Made by a program: the position numbers and the translations under genes
The notes under the pieces: model-generated
What the model was told of the DNA's origin: nothing
Seen by the model: the letters and a program-made list of their open reading frames with translations, nothing else
Databases searched by the model: none
Shown here: piece after piece, positions 61,451 to 64,000 of the stretch
How positions within the stretch are numbered: the first letter of the stretch is position 1
Layout of the letters: each line of letters starts with the position of its first letter
NCBI GenBank assembly: GCA_003597995.1
Contig: QZJY01000070.1
Location: 2,081 to 66,080 of the forward strand
DNA length: 64,000 bases
Direction of reading: 5' to 3'
Origin: Dehalococcoidia bacterium
GTDB taxonomy: Bacteria > Chloroflexota > Dehalococcoidia > Dehalococcoidales > UBA1222

Positions 61451-62251
61451 ATGTCCGTCAAGAATCTGAGGGTGCTTATCCGCGGCGGGGGGGAGCTTGC
61501 CAGCGCGGTGGCCTGCCGTTTGGCGGAGAGCCATTTTAAGGTTATCATGACCGAAGTGCCCCGGCCGCAGGCGGTGCGGCGCAACGTCTCTTTCTGCGAG
61601 GCGGTATACGAGGGCCGCAAGACGGTCGAAGGAAAAACCGCCAGGCTGGTCGGGTCGGCGGGAGAGGCCAGGGTCGCCTGGAAAGCCGGCGAACTGGCCA
61701 TCATCGTGGATCCCGATACCACCATCCGCTCCGAGCTCAAGCCGGACGTCGAGATAGACGCCATCATCGCCAAGAAGAATCTGGGCACGCGCATGTCGGA
61801 TGCCGAACTGGTCATCGGACTGGGTATCGGTTTTAAGGCCGGCAAGGACGTGCACGTGGTCATCGAGACCAACCGCGGCCACAACCTGGGGCGCGTCATG
61901 CGTGAAGGCATAGCCGAGGCCGACACGGGCGACCCCGGCAACATCGGCGGCTATACCACCGAGCGCGTCATGCGCGCACCCAGCGACGGTGTCTTCAAGG
62001 CAGTCAAGAAAATCGGCGATATGGTCAAGGCCGGGGATATCGTGGCCTATGTGGAGGGCAAGCCGGTGAAGGCCGCCATACCCGGCATCATACGCGGGCT
62101 GCTGCGCGACGGCACGCCCGTGACCAAAGGACTTAAGGCGGGCGACGTTGACCCGCGCGGCAATAAGGAATACTGCTACACTATCTCGGACAAGGGGCGC
62201 ACCATCTCGGGCGGCGTGCTCGAGGCTATACTGGCGCATTTCAACGCATAA
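61451..62251 (+). CDS. yqeB: YqeB-family selenium-dependent molybdenum hydroxylase system protein
   Basis: VLIRGGGELASAVA..L....F.V.MTE...P..VRR.VSF.EAVYEG pattern, as I recall it for the YqeB (EF2563) family. Confidence 0.6.
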   Translation: MSVKNLRVLIRGGGELASAVACRLAESHFKVIMTEVPRPQAVRRNVSFCEAVYEGRKTVEGKTARLVGSAGEARVAWKAGELAIIVDPDTTIRSELKPDVEIDAIIAKKNLGTRMSDAELVIGLGIGFKAGKDVHVVIETNRGHNLGRVMREGIAEADTGDPGNIGGYTTERVMRAPSDGVFKAVKKIGDMVKAGDIVAYVEGKPVKAAIPGIIRGLLRDGTPVTKGLKAGDVDPRGNKEYCYTISDKGRTISGGVLEAILAHFNA

Positions 62252-62278
62252 GGGGAGACCGCTATAGATATCAGCGAC

Positions 62279-63664
62279 TTGATAGCCGTCAACGACCTGT
62301 GGCGCGAGGTGTATCCCTATTTGGCGTCGCAGGTAACGGCAGTCTACGGACGCAACTCCGGCCGGGTGCTGGAACTGGGGCCGTTCTCGTGGGGCATCTC
62401 CTACGAGCTGGCGACACGCTACGCGGCGCTGGAATTTACTCTGGCCGACGACCATAAAGAATACCTGGCGCACCTCAGGCATGAAATAGAGCGCCGAAAC
62501 CTCGGTCGCCGCATAGAAGTTCTCAATGCCCCACTGGACAAACTGCCTTTCGGAGACGCGTCTTTCGACCTGGTTATTTTACGTGGAGCCTTCTTTTTCA
62601 TCATGGACAGGCCGCGCATTTTGAGCGAGATATACCGCGTGCTGGCCCCCGGCGGGCTGGCCTTCGTGGGGGGTGGCTACGGCGCGGGTATTCCGCAGGG
62701 CGTCATCGACAGCATCGCCGAAGAATCGCGCATACTCAACGACAGGCTGGGGCGACGGCGCGTTACTCTCGACGAATTGAAAGCGCTCGTCGAATCTCAA
62801 GGCCTGACTGCAGCCACTCAAATCGTGGAAGAAGGCGGTGTCTGGCTGCTCGTGCGCAAGAGCATCAGTCTCGCGGCGGAAAAGCAGACATCCCGATTGG
62901 CGGAAGCCTTCGGTCTGCGTCCCGCCGAGGTCATCAGTATCGTGGGAGGCGGAGGCAAGACCAGCCTGATGTTCGCGCTGGCGCGCGAACTCTCGCTTGC
63001 CGGCAAAAAAGTCATCAGCACCACCACCACGCACATAATGAAACCAGAAGCTGATGAATCGCCCTGTGTCGTATTGGAAGACGATGAGGAACGCTTAATC
63101 TCGCGCTTGAAAGATGAGCTTGGCAGGCATAAACACGTCACCGCGGCATGCCTCAGGCCGGAAGCCGGCAAGCTCAGGGGGCTGCTGCCGGAGACTGTGG
63201 ATAAAATCACCGCTGTGAAGCTGGCGGATTACATAATCAATGAAGCGGACGGGGCGGCGCGCAGGCCCATCAAGGCGCCCAACGCTACCGAGCCAGTCAT
63301 TCCAGACAGCACCACTCTCGTGGTGGCGGTGGTCGGCATGGACGCGCTGAACTCTCCCCTGTCGCAGGAGGTCGCCTTTCGCCCGGAGCTCATTACGTGC
63401 CTGACCGGACTGCCCGAGGGTGGCATTATTACGCGCGAGGTCATCGCCACGCTGGTGGCGGACGAAAAAGGCATCATCCAGTATGCTCCTCGAAGTGCCC
63501 GTATCGTCCCTTTTATAAACAAGGTCGAGTTGGCGCAAAGTCCTGACGATGTGCGCAAGCTGGCCGGAGCCATCCTGTCACGCAGACACCCTCAGATAAA
63601 GCGCGTGGTGTCAGGCTCGCTTATAGCCCAAAAACTCGAATTTCACATTTTCGAGGCTGCTTAG
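62279..63664 (+). CDS. yqeC: Fusion protein: degenerate class-I methyltransferase-like domain + YqeC-family selenium cofactor biosynthesis domain
   Basis: N-terminal half has VLELGPFSWG (degenerate G-loop), FDLVILRGAFFFI and LAPGGLAFVGG. C-terminal half has ISIVGGGGKTSLMFALA...KVISTTTTHI and INEADGA (YqeC-like P-loop). TTG start is uncertain. Confidence 0.6.
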   Translation: MIAVNDLWREVYPYLASQVTAVYGRNSGRVLELGPFSWGISYELATRYAALEFTLADDHKEYLAHLRHEIERRNLGRRIEVLNAPLDKLPFGDASFDLVILRGAFFFIMDRPRILSEIYRVLAPGGLAFVGGGYGAGIPQGVIDSIAEESRILNDRLGRRRVTLDELKALVESQGLTAATQIVEEGGVWLLVRKSISLAAEKQTSRLAEAFGLRPAEVISIVGGGGKTSLMFALARELSLAGKKVISTTTTHIMKPEADESPCVVLEDDEERLISRLKDELGRHKHVTAACLRPEAGKLRGLLPETVDKITAVKLADYIINEADGAARRPIKAPNATEPVIPDSTTLVVAVVGMDALNSPLSQEVAFRPELITCLTGLPEGGIITREVIATLVADEKGIIQYAPRSARIVPFINKVELAQSPDDVRKLAGAILSRRHPQIKRVVSGSLIAQKLEFHIFEAA

Positions 63665-63687
63665 GTTCAACTTGCTGGAGGTAAAAA

Positions 63688-64000
63688 ATGCAGAACGATA
63701 TTTACGCCGAACTGGTACGGCTGAGCGCTGCTGGTGAAGAAGCCGCCCTGGCCACCGTCATATCGGCTTCGGGTTCCACGCCCAGGGAGGAAGGCGCCAA
63801 GATGTTGGTGCGGGCCAACGGCTCCATCATGGGCACCGTGGGTGGGGGTGCCGTCGAGAAAGCCGTCATCAAAGAGGCTTTGGAAGTCATGCGCAAGGGC
63901 AAGGCCAAAAAGCTGGAATACCGCCTCAACGCGGGCGGGGAGCTGGGCATGATATGCGGCGGCGACACAGAGGTGTTCATCGAGCCCATTACGGCGGCTC
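63688..64000 (+). CDS. xdhC: XdhC/CoxI-family Mo-enzyme maturation factor (3' end outside the window)
   Basis: GGAGG RBS. MQNDIYAELVRL...ALATVISASGSTPREEGAKMLV..NGSIMGTVGGG and ICGG motifs. Confidence 0.75.
   Translation, partial: MQNDIYAELVRLSAAGEEAALATVISASGSTPREEGAKMLVRANGSIMGTVGGGAVEKAVIKEALEVMRKGKAKKLEYRLNAGGELGMICGGDTEVFIEPITAA

Noticed and set aside
61358-62482. 374-aa minus-strand ORF. Similar long antisense ORFs occur at 37937..38848, 39479..40444, 17183..17977, 32158..32799, 56567..57373 and 27301..28038.
   Set aside because: Each lies entirely antisense to a confidently identified gene (yqeB, leuS, the regulator, ccmA, the carboxyltransferase, cytochrome b). Their translations are Arg/Gly/His-rich low-complexity sequence, typical of shadow ORFs in GC-rich DNA.

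Overview
This 64 kb window looks like a moderately GC-rich anaerobic bacterium. My impression is Chloroflexota/Dehalococcoidia-like, but I cannot verify that without a database search. All calls come from reading the sequence and the ORF track; no searches or folding programs were run.

Layout:
- 1-8.9 kb: the right-hand part of an integrated mobile element next to tRNA-Ala(GGC). It carries a P-loop NTPase, a DnaN-like clamp, a Zn-ribbon protein, a sigma-like protein, a tyrosine recombinase and a large serine recombinase. It also holds a ~650 nt ORF-free, hairpin-dense region and an AT-rich repeat/palindrome block.
- 9-17 kb: housekeeping genes (cysS, ispF, ispD, radA, clpC).
- 17.2-20.7 kb: a 1076-aa MalT-like ATPase/TPR regulator with a C-terminal SARP DNA-binding module. 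It is followed by a terminator, two perfect 11-bp tandem repeats at a promoter, and an unannotated 48-aa ORF with a signal peptide.
- 21-27 kb: radical-SAM gene coupled to nrdJ, then a Fur/Zur-regulated metal ABC transporter.
- 27-35.3 kb: a cytochrome b plus c-type lipoprotein cytochromes, then a variant System I ccm cluster (ccmEFAB..CD) whose CcmE has a CxxxY motif.
- 35.4-43.6 kb: small membrane proteins, rhomboid, META lipoproteins, leuS, proC, cvpA, ferredoxin, coaD, rsmD.
- 43.8-53.7 kb: a visibly AT-richer, almost entirely minus-strand signalling and stress island (RR-HD-GYP, CheY, PAS histidine kinase, three YegP paralogs, YtxH x2, DUF948-like, several micro-membrane proteins, an atypical LuxR response regulator).
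- 53.9-64 kb: bioY-birA with a BirA operator, an acyl-CoA carboxyltransferase, modA-(TsaA-like)-modBC, and YqeB / YqeC-fusion / XdhC Mo-hydroxylase maturation genes.

Intergenic regions are packed with several families of dispersed palindromic REP-like elements.

The two leads I rate highest are the regulator / tandem-repeat / pre-peptide module (possible peptide signalling) and the large ORF-free structured region inside the mobile element.
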